Of a DNA stretch of 64,000 nucleotides, positions 21,168 through 30,952 are shown one piece after another; position 1 is the first letter of the stretch, and every line of letters starts with the position of its first letter. Origin of the DNA: Candidatus Levyibacteriota bacterium. Lineage in GTDB: Bacteria > Patescibacteriota > Microgenomatia > Levybacterales > UBA12049. Below the pieces are notes generated by a model. It saw nothing but the letters and a program-made list of their open reading frames with translations. It was not told where the DNA came from and searched no databases. The stretch spans positions 597,171 through 661,170 of the forward strand of contig OY970292.1 in assembly GCA_963716145.1 (NCBI GenBank), given 5' to 3'. The position numbers were made by a program, and so were the translations under genes.

Positions 21168-22640
21168 TTACACTCCTTGTCTGTTTGTCAGCTCTCTGAG
21201 GAAAAGATTGTAATCAAACTGGTTTACTGCTCCGTCATCATCCAAATCGGATAGCAAATTATTTGCTGCGGTGCAAGAGACGGCAGGTAGGAAATCAGAA
21301 TAGCATCCCATCAAAATATTGTAATCAAGGATATTAATTACATTGTCTCCATTAATCTCACCATTTATTAACACTGTTTGAGGCATTTGATTAGTTGTTC
21401 CTGCGGTTATTGTCTGAATGCCCGGAACTAAGGATTTTAAGAACTGGTTTGTCTTTACTTTTACCGTATATGCACCGGTTACAAAAGCGCTACCCATATC
21501 AATATTCCCCGTGAATTTGCCGGAAGTTGAATTATAGTTAACAGCTCCGTCTTTTGTTGCTACCAATTGGTTCTGAGCATTGAGCACTTCAACTCGTACA
21601 TTTCTTTGTGGGTGCAATGGGTCGGGATTTCCCCCTGATGCCGGATTCGCGCTATCCCCACCCTGACCTATTCCATGAAGAAGAAGAGTTAGGGACAAAG
21701 TTGTATTACCTGGAGCCGGAGTTGATGTTGGAGTGATTGTAGGACTTGGAGTAGTTCCTCCTTCAGCTCTAGTGTGATCGTAAGAGTTTGGGTTGCTGGC
21801 ACTTCCATCTGTGTGGCATATAGGATCTCCACCGTCAATTAAACCATTGTTGTTATTGTCTCTTGAGTCAGCGCAGGTTGCTCCGTTTCCGCCCTGTTCC
21901 CCAGGTCTTGTAGGGTCGTAACTGTTGGGATTATTTGGATTATTGTCTGTGTGACAGGTTGAATCCAAATTGTCTTTGAAACCATTGTTATCGTTATCAA
22001 TGTTGTCTGAGCATCTTGAAGGAGGAGTGGTTACCGTGGGATTGACAGTCCCTTCATTTCGCGTAGGGTCATATGGATTATTTAGATTTCCACCTGTGTG
22101 ACAAGCAGGATCCCCCGCATCAATCAACTCATTCTGGTTATTGTCAATTCCATCAGCACAAGTTGCAGGAGGTGAAGTGGGTGAAGGGGTGGGGCTCGGA
22201 ACTGTAGTAGGACTTGGTGTTGGAGTTGGACTTGGGATTGGAGTTGGGGTGATCCGCATACTTCCACACGCTGCTGATGAGCTGAGATTATTACCTGTGC
22301 CGTTATTGTTGCCGGTAAGCCCCTGATGAATTGTATTGTTGTTACCGGTAAGATTACCTATCATGCCAGCACACACTTCATTACCATGCCCTGTTAAGTT
22401 CCCTATATATCTTCCTGTAATCAGATTCCCGTTCCCATACATATTCCCTTGGAAATCCCCATTTACTGTACAATTGTTAACATGCAGATCGCTTGCTCTG
22501 TTGGGACAGGTAGTTTCCGCAGCATTTGATCTTGTTTCCTGTCTTTGCTGACTGACCAAAACACCGCCGAAAAGCCCAAAAACAAGCACTATCCCTACCA
22601 ATACGGGTAATTGTTTTCTGGAGAATAATTTTTTTAGCAT
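21168..22640 (-). CDS. Secreted Cys/Asp/Asn-rich repeat protein with C-terminal dockerin-like domain (paralog 1)
   Basis: N-terminal signal anchor. Three 'C(A/S)D.IDN..N..ID.GDP.CHTD.N.NNP.SYDPTR' repeats. Pro/Thr linkers. C-terminus 'INGDNVINILDYNILM...DLDDDGAVNQFDYNLF' looks like duplicated dockerin type-I Ca-binding segments. Confidence 0.6.
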   Translation of the reverse strand: MLKKLFSRKQLPVLVGIVLVFGLFGGVLVSQQRQETRSNAAETTCPNRASDLHVNNCTVNGDFQGNMYGNGNLITGRYIGNLTGHGNEVCAGMIGNLTGNNNTIHQGLTGNNNGTGNNLSSSAACGSMRITPTPIPSPTPTPSPTTVPSPTPSPTSPPATCADGIDNNQNELIDAGDPACHTGGNLNNPYDPTRNEGTVNPTVTTPPSRCSDNIDNDNNGFKDNLDSTCHTDNNPNNPNSYDPTRPGEQGGNGATCADSRDNNNNGLIDGGDPICHTDGSASNPNSYDHTRAEGGTTPSPTITPTSTPAPGNTTLSLTLLLHGIGQGGDSANPASGGNPDPLHPQRNVRVEVLNAQNQLVATKDGAVNYNSTSGKFTGNIDMGSAFVTGAYTVKVKTNQFLKSLVPGIQTITAGTTNQMPQTVLINGEINGDNVINILDYNILMGCYSDFLPAVSCTAANNLLSDLDDDGAVNQFDYNLFLRELTNRQGV

Positions 22641-22685
22641 GGATAATTTATGTATAATTGCTACCTAATTATAAGTAGAACAGAA

Positions 22686-23586
22686 CGGGTAAGCTTTGTC
22701 AAGAATAATGCTTATACTCCCTGCCTATTTGTCAGCTCTCTGAGGAAAAGATTGTAATCAAACTGGTTTACATGACCATCGTCATCCAAATCGGCTAACA
22801 AATTATTTGCTGCAGTACAGGAAACGGCAGGCGTAAGATCGGAATAGCATCCTATCAAAATATTGTAATCAAGGATGTTAATGGTGTTGTCTCCGTTAAT
22901 CTCACCATTTATCAATGTTGTTTGAGGCATTTGATTAACTCCTCCCGCAATTATATTTTGAATACCGGGAGTTAATGCTTTTAAGAACTGATTTGTCTTT
23001 ACTTTTATGGTATAAACTCCGCTTACGAGAGTAGTCCCCGCATCAACAGTTCCTGTGAAATTACCGCCAGTTGTACTGAAATTAACTACTCCGTCTTTTG
23101 TTAAGATCAGCTGGTTCTGAGCATTGAGCACTTCAACTCGTACATTTCTTTGTGGGTGCAGTGGATGTTGATTTCCCCCTGATCCAGGATTGGCGCTATC
23201 CCCCGCACTACCAATACCGTGAAGTAGAAGATTGAAAACCAGACTCGTGTTTCCGGGAACAGGTGTTGAGGTAGGAGTTCTAGTTGGTGTAGGCGTGAGA
23301 GTTGGCGGTGTGGTTGGTGAAGTCTCATTTCTACTAGGATCGTAAGAGTTTGGATTATTTGGATTTCCGTCTGTGTGGCAGATTGGATCTCCACCGTCAA
23401 TCACACCGTTATTGTTGTTATCTCTTGAATCAGCACAGGTATTCCCTCCCCCTTGCTCTCCCGGTCTTGTAGGATCGTAGCTATTGGGATTATTTGGATT
23501 ATTGTCTGTGTGACATGTTGAATCAAAACTGTCTTTGAAACCATTGTTATCGTTATCAATGTTGTCTGAGCATCTGGAGACGGGAG
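22686..23586. repeat. ~900-bp identical direct repeat (3' halves of paralogs 2 and 3, copy 1)
   Basis: DNA identical to 24298..25198. The two copies diverge at ~23587 and ~25199. Confidence 0.85.
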
Positions 23587-24253
23587 TGGTCACTGGAGGA
23601 GTTACTGTAATAGTAAGTCTAGGAGTTACTGTAGGAATAGAGCCTTCATTTCTGGTAGGGTCATAGGTATTTGGATTGTTCTGATTGCCATCTGTGTGAC
23701 AAGCCGGATCTCCACCATCAATCAACTCATTCTGGTTATTGTCAATTCCATCAGCGCAAGTTGCTGGAGGTAGGGTGGGACTGATAGTTGCGGATGGACG
23801 TACTCCGCATGGCGTGGAAGCATTTGTGATATTTCCTGTTCCGTTTATCGGGCCGCCAACTCCTCCATGAATTATGTTGTTGTTGCCGTTTATACCACCA
23901 TTTAGTCCGCCGCAGATGTCATTGCCATTGCCGCGAATAGTCCCGTTCATTCCTCCCATTATTATATTGTTGTCACCGGTAATGTTCGCCGGGAAGCCTC
24001 CCAATCCTCCACGAATTGTATTTCTACTTCCAAAAATACTGCCATTAAAGCCGCCATCAATAGTGCAGTCATCAGCGGTCAGATCCTGACCCGGTCCAAC
24101 AGTAGTGCAGTTTCCGGTTCCTCCGCGGCCTGCAGCGCTACTTCTTTGGTCCTGCTGCTGCTGACTAACCATCACCGCGCCGAACAGGCCAAAAACCATA
24201 ACAACACCTACTAGTATCGGAAGACTAGATTTTGAAAAAAGTTTTTTTAGCAT
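22712..24253 (-). CDS. Dockerin-domain Cys/Asp-rich repeat protein (paralog 2)
   Basis: Same architecture as paralog 1. The C-terminal ~295 aa are identical to paralog 3. Confidence 0.6.
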   Translation of the reverse strand: MLKKLFSKSSLPILVGVVMVFGLFGAVMVSQQQQDQRSSAAGRGGTGNCTTVGPGQDLTADDCTIDGGFNGSIFGSRNTIRGGLGGFPANITGDNNIIMGGMNGTIRGNGNDICGGLNGGINGNNNIIHGGVGGPINGTGNITNASTPCGVRPSATISPTLPPATCADGIDNNQNELIDGGDPACHTDGNQNNPNTYDPTRNEGSIPTVTPRLTITVTPPVTTPVSRCSDNIDNDNNGFKDSFDSTCHTDNNPNNPNSYDPTRPGEQGGGNTCADSRDNNNNGVIDGGDPICHTDGNPNNPNSYDPSRNETSPTTPPTLTPTPTRTPTSTPVPGNTSLVFNLLLHGIGSAGDSANPGSGGNQHPLHPQRNVRVEVLNAQNQLILTKDGVVNFSTTGGNFTGTVDAGTTLVSGVYTIKVKTNQFLKALTPGIQNIIAGGVNQMPQTTLINGEINGDNTINILDYNILIGCYSDLTPAVSCTAANNLLADLDDDGHVNQFDYNLFLRELTNRQGV

Positions 24254-24297
24254 AAATTAACTATATTAAAATTGGCCTAACTATAGTAGAACAGATA

Positions 24298-25198
24298 AAA
24301 TTATACTTTGTCAAGAATAATGCTTATACTCCCTGCCTATTTGTCAGCTCTCTGAGGAAAAGATTGTAATCAAACTGGTTTACATGACCATCGTCATCCA
24401 AATCGGCTAACAAATTATTTGCTGCAGTACAGGAAACGGCAGGCGTAAGATCGGAATAGCATCCTATCAAAATATTGTAATCAAGGATGTTAATGGTGTT
24501 GTCTCCGTTAATCTCACCATTTATCAATGTTGTTTGAGGCATTTGATTAACTCCTCCCGCAATTATATTTTGAATACCGGGAGTTAATGCTTTTAAGAAC
24601 TGATTTGTCTTTACTTTTATGGTATAAACTCCGCTTACGAGAGTAGTCCCCGCATCAACAGTTCCTGTGAAATTACCGCCAGTTGTACTGAAATTAACTA
24701 CTCCGTCTTTTGTTAAGATCAGCTGGTTCTGAGCATTGAGCACTTCAACTCGTACATTTCTTTGTGGGTGCAGTGGATGTTGATTTCCCCCTGATCCAGG
24801 ATTGGCGCTATCCCCCGCACTACCAATACCGTGAAGTAGAAGATTGAAAACCAGACTCGTGTTTCCGGGAACAGGTGTTGAGGTAGGAGTTCTAGTTGGT
24901 GTAGGCGTGAGAGTTGGCGGTGTGGTTGGTGAAGTCTCATTTCTACTAGGATCGTAAGAGTTTGGATTATTTGGATTTCCGTCTGTGTGGCAGATTGGAT
25001 CTCCACCGTCAATCACACCGTTATTGTTGTTATCTCTTGAATCAGCACAGGTATTCCCTCCCCCTTGCTCTCCCGGTCTTGTAGGATCGTAGCTATTGGG
25101 ATTATTTGGATTATTGTCTGTGTGACATGTTGAATCAAAACTGTCTTTGAAACCATTGTTATCGTTATCAATGTTGTCTGAGCATCTGGAGACGGGAG
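24298..25198. repeat. ~900-bp identical direct repeat (copy 2)
   Basis: See 22686..23586. Confidence 0.85.
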
Positions 25199-25865
25199 TT
25201 GGTGTTGGTGTTATAGTTGGCCTCAATGTTGGAGTAGGTGTGCTGGTTGGAATCCTAGTTGGGGTTGGAGTAGGTACGCGGCTAGGAGTTGGTGTTGGAA
25301 GATTAACCTCAGATCTGTGAGAGTCATATGAGTTGGGATTGTCCTGGTTACCGTCAGTATGGCAGGCAGGATCACCTCTATCAATCAGTTCATTTTGGTT
25401 ATTGTCAATTCCATCAGCGCAAGTTGTGGGTGGTGGCGTTGGCGAAGAGGTTGGAGTTATATATGGATTGGGCGAGCATCCGCCAATGTTGGCCACTTGC
25501 CTTGCAGTATTACCGCTTCCACGCATACTTCCTAAAACATTATTTCCAACATGATTGTTATCCCCTGTCACACAACCCGCGACATTATTCCCAATTCTAT
25601 TACCATTACCGAATACATTTCCTACATTATTTGTTATATTGTTATTATTTCCAATCAAATACCCAGAAACATTAACTGCAGTACAGTTATCGGCGATTAG
25701 ATCCCCATTCGTATTTGCGCTGCAATTGCCGGCAGCATTTGATCTTGTTTCCTGTCTTTGCTGACTGACCAAAACACCGCCAAAAAGCCCAAAAACCAAA
25801 AGAACGCCGGCAACAATTGAAAATTTTGTTCCAAATGAAAGATTTTTGAGGCTGTAAAAACTCAT
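24324..25865 (-). CDS. Dockerin-domain Cys/Asp-rich repeat protein (paralog 3)
   Basis: Same architecture. Divergent N-terminal ~215 aa. Confidence 0.6.
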   Translation of the reverse strand: MSFYSLKNLSFGTKFSIVAGVLLVFGLFGGVLVSQQRQETRSNAAGNCSANTNGDLIADNCTAVNVSGYLIGNNNNITNNVGNVFGNGNRIGNNVAGCVTGDNNHVGNNVLGSMRGSGNTARQVANIGGCSPNPYITPTSSPTPPPTTCADGIDNNQNELIDRGDPACHTDGNQDNPNSYDSHRSEVNLPTPTPSRVPTPTPTRIPTSTPTPTLRPTITPTPTPVSRCSDNIDNDNNGFKDSFDSTCHTDNNPNNPNSYDPTRPGEQGGGNTCADSRDNNNNGVIDGGDPICHTDGNPNNPNSYDPSRNETSPTTPPTLTPTPTRTPTSTPVPGNTSLVFNLLLHGIGSAGDSANPGSGGNQHPLHPQRNVRVEVLNAQNQLILTKDGVVNFSTTGGNFTGTVDAGTTLVSGVYTIKVKTNQFLKALTPGIQNIIAGGVNQMPQTTLINGEINGDNTINILDYNILIGCYSDLTPAVSCTAANNLLADLDDDGHVNQFDYNLFLRELTNRQGV

Positions 25866-25927
25866 ATATTATTTTAGCTATTTATAGTAGAGCAGATATA
25901 TGAACGGCTTGTCAAGAATAACTTTTA

Positions 25928-27658
25928 TTACATTTTTGAAGGAGCTTCTATTCCTAGAAGATTCAGGCCTTTTTTAATCACTTCTCCTGTTTTGGATGTT
26001 AGAGCCAAACGAAAATCTTTACTCCCCTCCTCGGCCTTTAAAATTTGATGTTTTTGATAAAAAAGATTAAAACCTTGAGCAAGCTCAAAAAGATATGTCG
26101 CTACAGCACTCGGGCTCAACCTCTCCGCAGCCTCAATGATTACATCGTCAAATTTTGCCAGCAAACGAAGTAGCTCTCTCTCCTCAGGTTCAAATTCTCC
26201 TTTGAAATTGGAAATTGGAAATTGGAAATTGGAAATTCCTGCTTTTAGCAGCACACTCTGTGTGCGAGCATAAACATACTGTATATATGGTCCTGAATTT
26301 CCATCAAAGCTAATTGACTCTTCCAAATCAAATGCAATCTCCTGCTGTGTCGAAACTTTAAGAAATGAATATTTTACTGCAGCGACTGCAACCTTCTCGG
26401 CAATAATTTTTTGTTCCTCTTTTGTATAGTCTGATGCATTTTTATCTAGAATATCAATTATTTCTTTTTTTGCTTCATCAATGAGCCAATCTCCCAATAT
26501 CACGTTTCCGGATCTTGAGTTCATTTTACCGTGTTTTAGCTTGACCCACCCATAAGCCAAATGTTTCTCCTTACCACGCGTCTCCGGAAAAAGCTGAGCG
26601 AGCGCTTCAAAAACAACCTGAAAGTATCCCGACTGTTCAGGACCCACAACGTGGATAATCAAATCAGGATTATTTTCTTCAAATTGCAATGGCCCGAGCC
26701 CCATATCCTTGCCTTCGTAGGTTGGATTTCCCTCACTCGTAATAAATACTCTGTCATGAAGACCAAATTTTTTGCCGGGGAAAATAATCGCCCCATCGCT
26801 TTTTTCAAAAACTCCTTTTGTAAGCCCCTTCAAAACATTTTCTTTACCGGTCTCATATACCTCACTCTCAAAATAATAGCGGTCAAAATGAGCGTAAACT
26901 CTTTTGTAAATTTGTTCAAAGTAATCAAGGCTCCACTGCCTAGTGGTTTGGTAAAGCTCCCAAATAGACTTGTCTTTTGCATAGATTTTTTTGTTGATTT
27001 CACCAATTTCTTTTTTCGCATCCGGATTTTCTTCATAAGCTTTACTGCCTGCTGCATACGCTTTACCCAATAAATTAATTTTCTGTTCTAAGTTTAATTC
27101 TGAATTCTGAATTCTGAATTCTGAATTCTGCAAAATGCCGTACAGGCATTTTGCAATATGCATTCCAACATCTCCCTGATAATTTCCGCGGACTACTTTT
27201 GCACCCACAGCCTCAAGTAAACGCACAATTGACTCGCCGGTCGCAATATTGCGCAGATGACCGATGTGAAACGCTTTGTGGGTATTTGGGTGAGCAAATT
27301 CAACCAATATTTTCTTACCGGTAAGAGAAGTTTTATTTTTTTTACTATCTAAGTCTGTCAAACTATCAATTAGTGTATCATTTGAGATCCAAAAATTGAT
27401 AAACCCCGGCTTTACGACTTCCATTTTTTCAAAAATCCTTAATTCTTTATTCTTACTTCTTAATTCTTCTGAGATTTCCTCCCCCAACTCCATAGGATTT
27501 TTACCAAGTTTTTTACCTGCAACCAATGCTATGTTACTGGAATAATCCCCATGTTTTGGATCAGCCGGATAGTCGACTTTGACCTCAATATCACCCAATC
27601 CTATTTTTTCCAGAATTTCACCTAATTCTTCTTTTATTGTTTGTTTAATCATAATCAC
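25928..27658 (-). CDS. argS: Arginine--tRNA ligase
   Basis: 576 aa. 'HIGHLRN' class-I motif. The C-terminal anticodon-binding domain ends in '...APSKM'. Contains two in-frame heptamer microsatellites. Confidence 0.85.
   Translation of the reverse strand: MIMIKQTIKEELGEILEKIGLGDIEVKVDYPADPKHGDYSSNIALVAGKKLGKNPMELGEEISEELRSKNKELRIFEKMEVVKPGFINFWISNDTLIDSLTDLDSKKNKTSLTGKKILVEFAHPNTHKAFHIGHLRNIATGESIVRLLEAVGAKVVRGNYQGDVGMHIAKCLYGILQNSEFRIQNSELNLEQKINLLGKAYAAGSKAYEENPDAKKEIGEINKKIYAKDKSIWELYQTTRQWSLDYFEQIYKRVYAHFDRYYFESEVYETGKENVLKGLTKGVFEKSDGAIIFPGKKFGLHDRVFITSEGNPTYEGKDMGLGPLQFEENNPDLIIHVVGPEQSGYFQVVFEALAQLFPETRGKEKHLAYGWVKLKHGKMNSRSGNVILGDWLIDEAKKEIIDILDKNASDYTKEEQKIIAEKVAVAAVKYSFLKVSTQQEIAFDLEESISFDGNSGPYIQYVYARTQSVLLKAGISNFQFPISNFKGEFEPEERELLRLLAKFDDVIIEAAERLSPSAVATYLFELAQGFNLFYQKHQILKAEEGSKDFRLALTSKTGEVIKKGLNLLGIEAPSKM
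26204..26238. repeat. Tandem heptamer (gaaattg)x5 inside argS, encoding 'GISNFQFPISNF'
   Basis: Perfect 7-bp tandem repeat that keeps the reading frame. Confidence 0.9.
27096..27130. repeat. Tandem heptamer (aattctg)x5 inside argS, encoding 'QNSEFRIQNSEL'
   Basis: Perfect 7-bp tandem repeat that keeps the reading frame. Confidence 0.9.
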
Positions 27659-27708
27659 AGTATATCATGACCTGAGTCTTGCGTTGACTCCAGGAAATTA
27701 AATATCTG

Positions 27709-28272
27709 TTGCAAATGCCGAAATTTTTTGCTACTCTCCAAATATATATGACTTACAATTCAGAAACAACACCTGCCGAAGGTAAGCGCGCAAGATTTTT
27801 ACTTGTTGTTATAATTCTTCTTTTTGTGATCAGAATGCCATTTTTCCCACTTGGACAAAATAATCACTCATTCATGATTCTGGCCGAGTTGATTTCTGTT
27901 GCGGGATATCTCTTGTTCTTTCCAGTCATGGCTTCTCTACCTGGACCATCATGGACCAAGGCCGCGGGATATATGTGGATAATACTTGACTCAACGGCGA
28001 GTACACTTCCTCTCTACGGCGTGTCTGCGGAAATCTCAACAGCTTTACGCTTCGGCGGAGCGCATCTTGCATTGGCAGTCTGGATGGTATCAACTTCTTA
28101 TTATAGCCGGAGAAAAGCTTTGATGTTCACAAGTTTTCCCGTGGCTTTTTTTCTGATTGTTTACTCTTTTATAAATACTTGGGTGCCTCAGACAGCATTC
28201 ATTGCCTTCTATCCTATTTTATTAATTTGGTTTTTCCTGTTGCGAGGCTTACTGACAGGAAAAAATAAATAA
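27709..28272 (+). CDS. Hypothetical integral membrane protein (187 aa, ~5 transmembrane helices)
   Basis: Hydrophobic helices throughout. Confidence 0.45.
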   Translation: MQMPKFFATLQIYMTYNSETTPAEGKRARFLLVVIILLFVIRMPFFPLGQNNHSFMILAELISVAGYLLFFPVMASLPGPSWTKAAGYMWIILDSTASTLPLYGVSAEISTALRFGGAHLALAVWMVSTSYYSRRKALMFTSFPVAFFLIVYSFINTWVPQTAFIAFYPILLIWFFLLRGLLTGKNK

Positions 28273-28287
28273 ATATCCTGTACAAAT

Positions 28288-28959
28288 TCAGCGAGTTAAG
28301 AAACTTCTTACCTCCCCCTTTTCAAACTTCTTCCAATCATATGATCCGAATGGTTCGGAGCAGACGATAGTTAGTTCAGGGCTCTCAAAATAATACACAG
28401 AGTAATATTTTTCATCTGTCGCGTATTGATTGAGCACGTATACATCTTTTCCTACAACCAAACCGATATTCATCCCCTCTATCTTTTGAGAATTTCTGAT
28501 AATAAGTTTATCAACTATTTCCAAAGCGTTTTTGGGATCCTTGTCTTTCATTTGAAGCTTAAGTAGGGAAAATATTTTTTGAGAACCAATTTTCCCCTCA
28601 AGCGGAGTCGTTAATTTGACTTTATAAATAGTACCGTTAAAAACATAACACAAATCCCCATCAATAAACGGCTGGTTAAACTCAATTTCCCCTGTGTCTT
28701 TCATAAACCCAGACCCCCGGGCATGAGCAACAAGCATATCTGTTGCGGGAATTTGACTAAACATAGATTTCTCTTCCCACATTGGTGACAGGGATTTTTT
28801 GACCTCCCACTTACCGTTTTCCCGGAAAGCAATCCCATATCCATCCCATTGCCTATCACCATTTGGAGCAACGCTTTTCTCACTCAAGTCAGACAATGGT
28901 GTTAAAAAATCATCAGGATTTATTTTTTCTTTTGATTTGACGATTAGAAATCTGCACAT
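28288..28959 (-). CDS. Class-II glutamine amidotransferase-like Ntn hydrolase (N-terminal Cys2)
   Basis: Starts 'MCRFLIV...'. 223 aa, single GATase-2/EgtC-like domain with no synthase domain. It is the last gene of the LysW arginine operon. Confidence 0.5.
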   Translation of the reverse strand: MCRFLIVKSKEKINPDDFLTPLSDLSEKSVAPNGDRQWDGYGIAFRENGKWEVKKSLSPMWEEKSMFSQIPATDMLVAHARGSGFMKDTGEIEFNQPFIDGDLCYVFNGTIYKVKLTTPLEGKIGSQKIFSLLKLQMKDKDPKNALEIVDKLIIRNSQKIEGMNIGLVVGKDVYVLNQYATDEKYYSVYYFESPELTIVCSEPFGSYDWKKFEKGEVRSFLTR

Positions 28960-28962
28960 ATT

Positions 28963-30153
28963 TTACTGAGCAAATACTTCTTGAATAATTACCAGTGCTT
29001 CATCGATTTCCTTTTTAGAGACGTTGATTGGAGGCAAAAATCTAATTGTATCCGTACTTGATAAGGCGGCAATGAGTCCTACGTCCTGCATTTTTTTAAC
29101 GTAAGGTGTAGTTTTTTCCGAAAGCTCGATGCCAAGCATCAGTCCTTTGCCTTTTATTTTTACAATTACTGGGTTTTCCAATTTTTTAAGTTCCTCAAGG
29201 AAATATTTACCCATTTCTTTCGCGTTCTCAAGTAACTTTTCTTTCTTAATCTGCCTTATTACCTCAGTTGCCGCAGCACAAGCTAATGGAGATCCGCTAA
29301 ATGTACCTCCATGACCGCCTTTTGTCATCAAATCACCTACTTCTCTGGTGCTCATAACAAATCCAAAAGGTATTCCGTATGAAAAACTTTTTGAGAAGCA
29401 GGCAATATCCGGCACAACTCCGTACTGATCGGACGCGAGCCAACTTCCGGTCCTGATCGCGCTTTGTACCTCATCAAAAATAAGAAGAATACTCTTTGAT
29501 AGACAGAATTCTTTTAGTTCGCTTAAATAATTTTCATTGGGCAAAATCACTCCTGCCTCTCCCTGAATCGGCTCAACAATAACCGCCGCCGTGTTGCCAT
29601 TTATATTTTGTTTTACTGCTTCAATATCATTGAATCGAACATGAACAACATCTTTATTTATAAATGCCATGTAGTTTTTTTTGTACAATTCCGAGGCTGT
29701 AACAGACAGGCTGCCTAGTGATTTTCCATGATACGCGTTAGTTACTGCGACAAATCCGCTCTTGCCCGTTGCTGTCATTGCGAGTTTTAACGCGGCATCA
29801 ATTGATTCGGCTCCGGAGTTGGTAAAAATTATCTGCGTAAGATTTGCTGGAAGGATAGCGCTTAGTTCATTAATAAACTCCGCCCGCTTATCAGAATAAA
29901 ATGTCTGATGAGTTGAGGGAAGTGTCGTAAGTTGTTGACTAATCGCTGATGTAACTGAAGGATTTGTATATCCGAGAATATTGACCCCGATATTGGTCAT
30001 AAAATCCAGATACTTTTTACCGTCCGTATCATAAACATATGTTCCTTGTCCACGCTCCAAAGCGATCCCCCGCTTTGGGTAAAGCTTTACTTCGGATGTA
30101 TTTTCCAGATCGCTGATTTGTTTAAGATTCATAAATATGAGTTCCTCCCCCAT
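28963..30153 (-). CDS. argD: Acetylornithine/[LysW]-ornithine aminotransferase (class III PLP)
   Basis: 'LIFDEVQSAIRTGSW' and the 'CFSKS' lysine region. 396 aa. Confidence 0.8.
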   Translation of the reverse strand: MGEELIFMNLKQISDLENTSEVKLYPKRGIALERGQGTYVYDTDGKKYLDFMTNIGVNILGYTNPSVTSAISQQLTTLPSTHQTFYSDKRAEFINELSAILPANLTQIIFTNSGAESIDAALKLAMTATGKSGFVAVTNAYHGKSLGSLSVTASELYKKNYMAFINKDVVHVRFNDIEAVKQNINGNTAAVIVEPIQGEAGVILPNENYLSELKEFCLSKSILLIFDEVQSAIRTGSWLASDQYGVVPDIACFSKSFSYGIPFGFVMSTREVGDLMTKGGHGGTFSGSPLACAAATEVIRQIKKEKLLENAKEMGKYFLEELKKLENPVIVKIKGKGLMLGIELSEKTTPYVKKMQDVGLIAALSSTDTIRFLPPINVSKKEIDEALVIIQEVFAQ

Positions 30154-30940
30154 TTAATGCTGCGCTAATAGGGTTTTCAACCCTGCCATCCGTAATTATT
30201 ATTTTCCCAATCCCTAGATCTAAAAGCTTACTACATTCCAAAAGTTTTCTCTTCATCCGCCCGCTAACAATGTTGACTAACTCATCTAAATTTCCTTTAT
30301 TAACCTCTTTAATCAGAGAACTCTCGTCATTGAGATCTTTCAAAATACCCGGTGCTTCTATCAGGAACAGGAGAACTTCGGATTTAAAATCAGTAGCAAT
30401 TTTTGAAGCAATCTTATCCCCGTCCACATTTATAACCTCTCCCTCCTGAGTAATCACAGGCGGAGTAATTACAGGAATTATTCCTTTGTCCAAAAATAAA
30501 TTGAGCAGGTCCAAATTAATACTTTCAACATTTCCCGTCAGATCATCTTTCACAACTTTTTTCTTATCTCCCTCAACAGTAATTAAAGCCTCATGTTTTT
30601 TGCCAACTATTAATCGCCCGTCAACTCCAGATAAGCCAATCGCGTTAACACCGGATTTTAATAACGACTCAACTATTTTTTTATTCGCAAGCCCCGCGTA
30701 AGTCATGTACATCAACTCAATCGTTTCGCGTGTTGTATAGCGGCTGGTCATTCCTGAGGGTAAAGTGAGCATCTTTTTTTCAATACCAAGCTTCTGGCTA
30801 TAGAAATCCAAATAATAATTTCCGCCGTGAATAATAATAAATTTTTTATCCTGAGCTTGCCGAATGGACTGAATAGCAATATCGGAACTTATTGACTGGA
30901 GGTTAAGTGATTTGCCACCGCCGATTTTAATAACTATCAT
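30122..30940 (-). CDS. argB: Acetylglutamate/[LysW]-glutamate kinase (amino-acid kinase family)
   Basis: 'VIKIGG', 'IIHGG', 'NVDGD' motifs. Confidence 0.75.
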   Translation of the reverse strand: MIVIKIGGGKSLNLQSISSDIAIQSIRQAQDKKFIIIHGGNYYLDFYSQKLGIEKKMLTLPSGMTSRYTTRETIELMYMTYAGLANKKIVESLLKSGVNAIGLSGVDGRLIVGKKHEALITVEGDKKKVVKDDLTGNVESINLDLLNLFLDKGIIPVITPPVITQEGEVINVDGDKIASKIATDFKSEVLLFLIEAPGILKDLNDESSLIKEVNKGNLDELVNIVSGRMKRKLLECSKLLDLGIGKIIITDGRVENPISAALNGGGTHIYES

Positions 30941-30952
30941 AATTTTTAAGTT

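Noticed and set aside
26561-27073. Plus-strand 170-aa ORF and the 26830..27057 minus-strand ORF inside argS
   Set aside because: Both are embedded in the well-supported argS coding frame. Their composition is junk-like (runs of F, K and R from AT-rich antisense or offset frames).
26204-27130. Regularly spaced short repeats, considered as possible CRISPR arrays
   Set aside because: The units are 7 bp with no spacers, lie inside ORFs and keep the reading frame. There are no cas genes in the window. They are microsatellites, not CRISPR.
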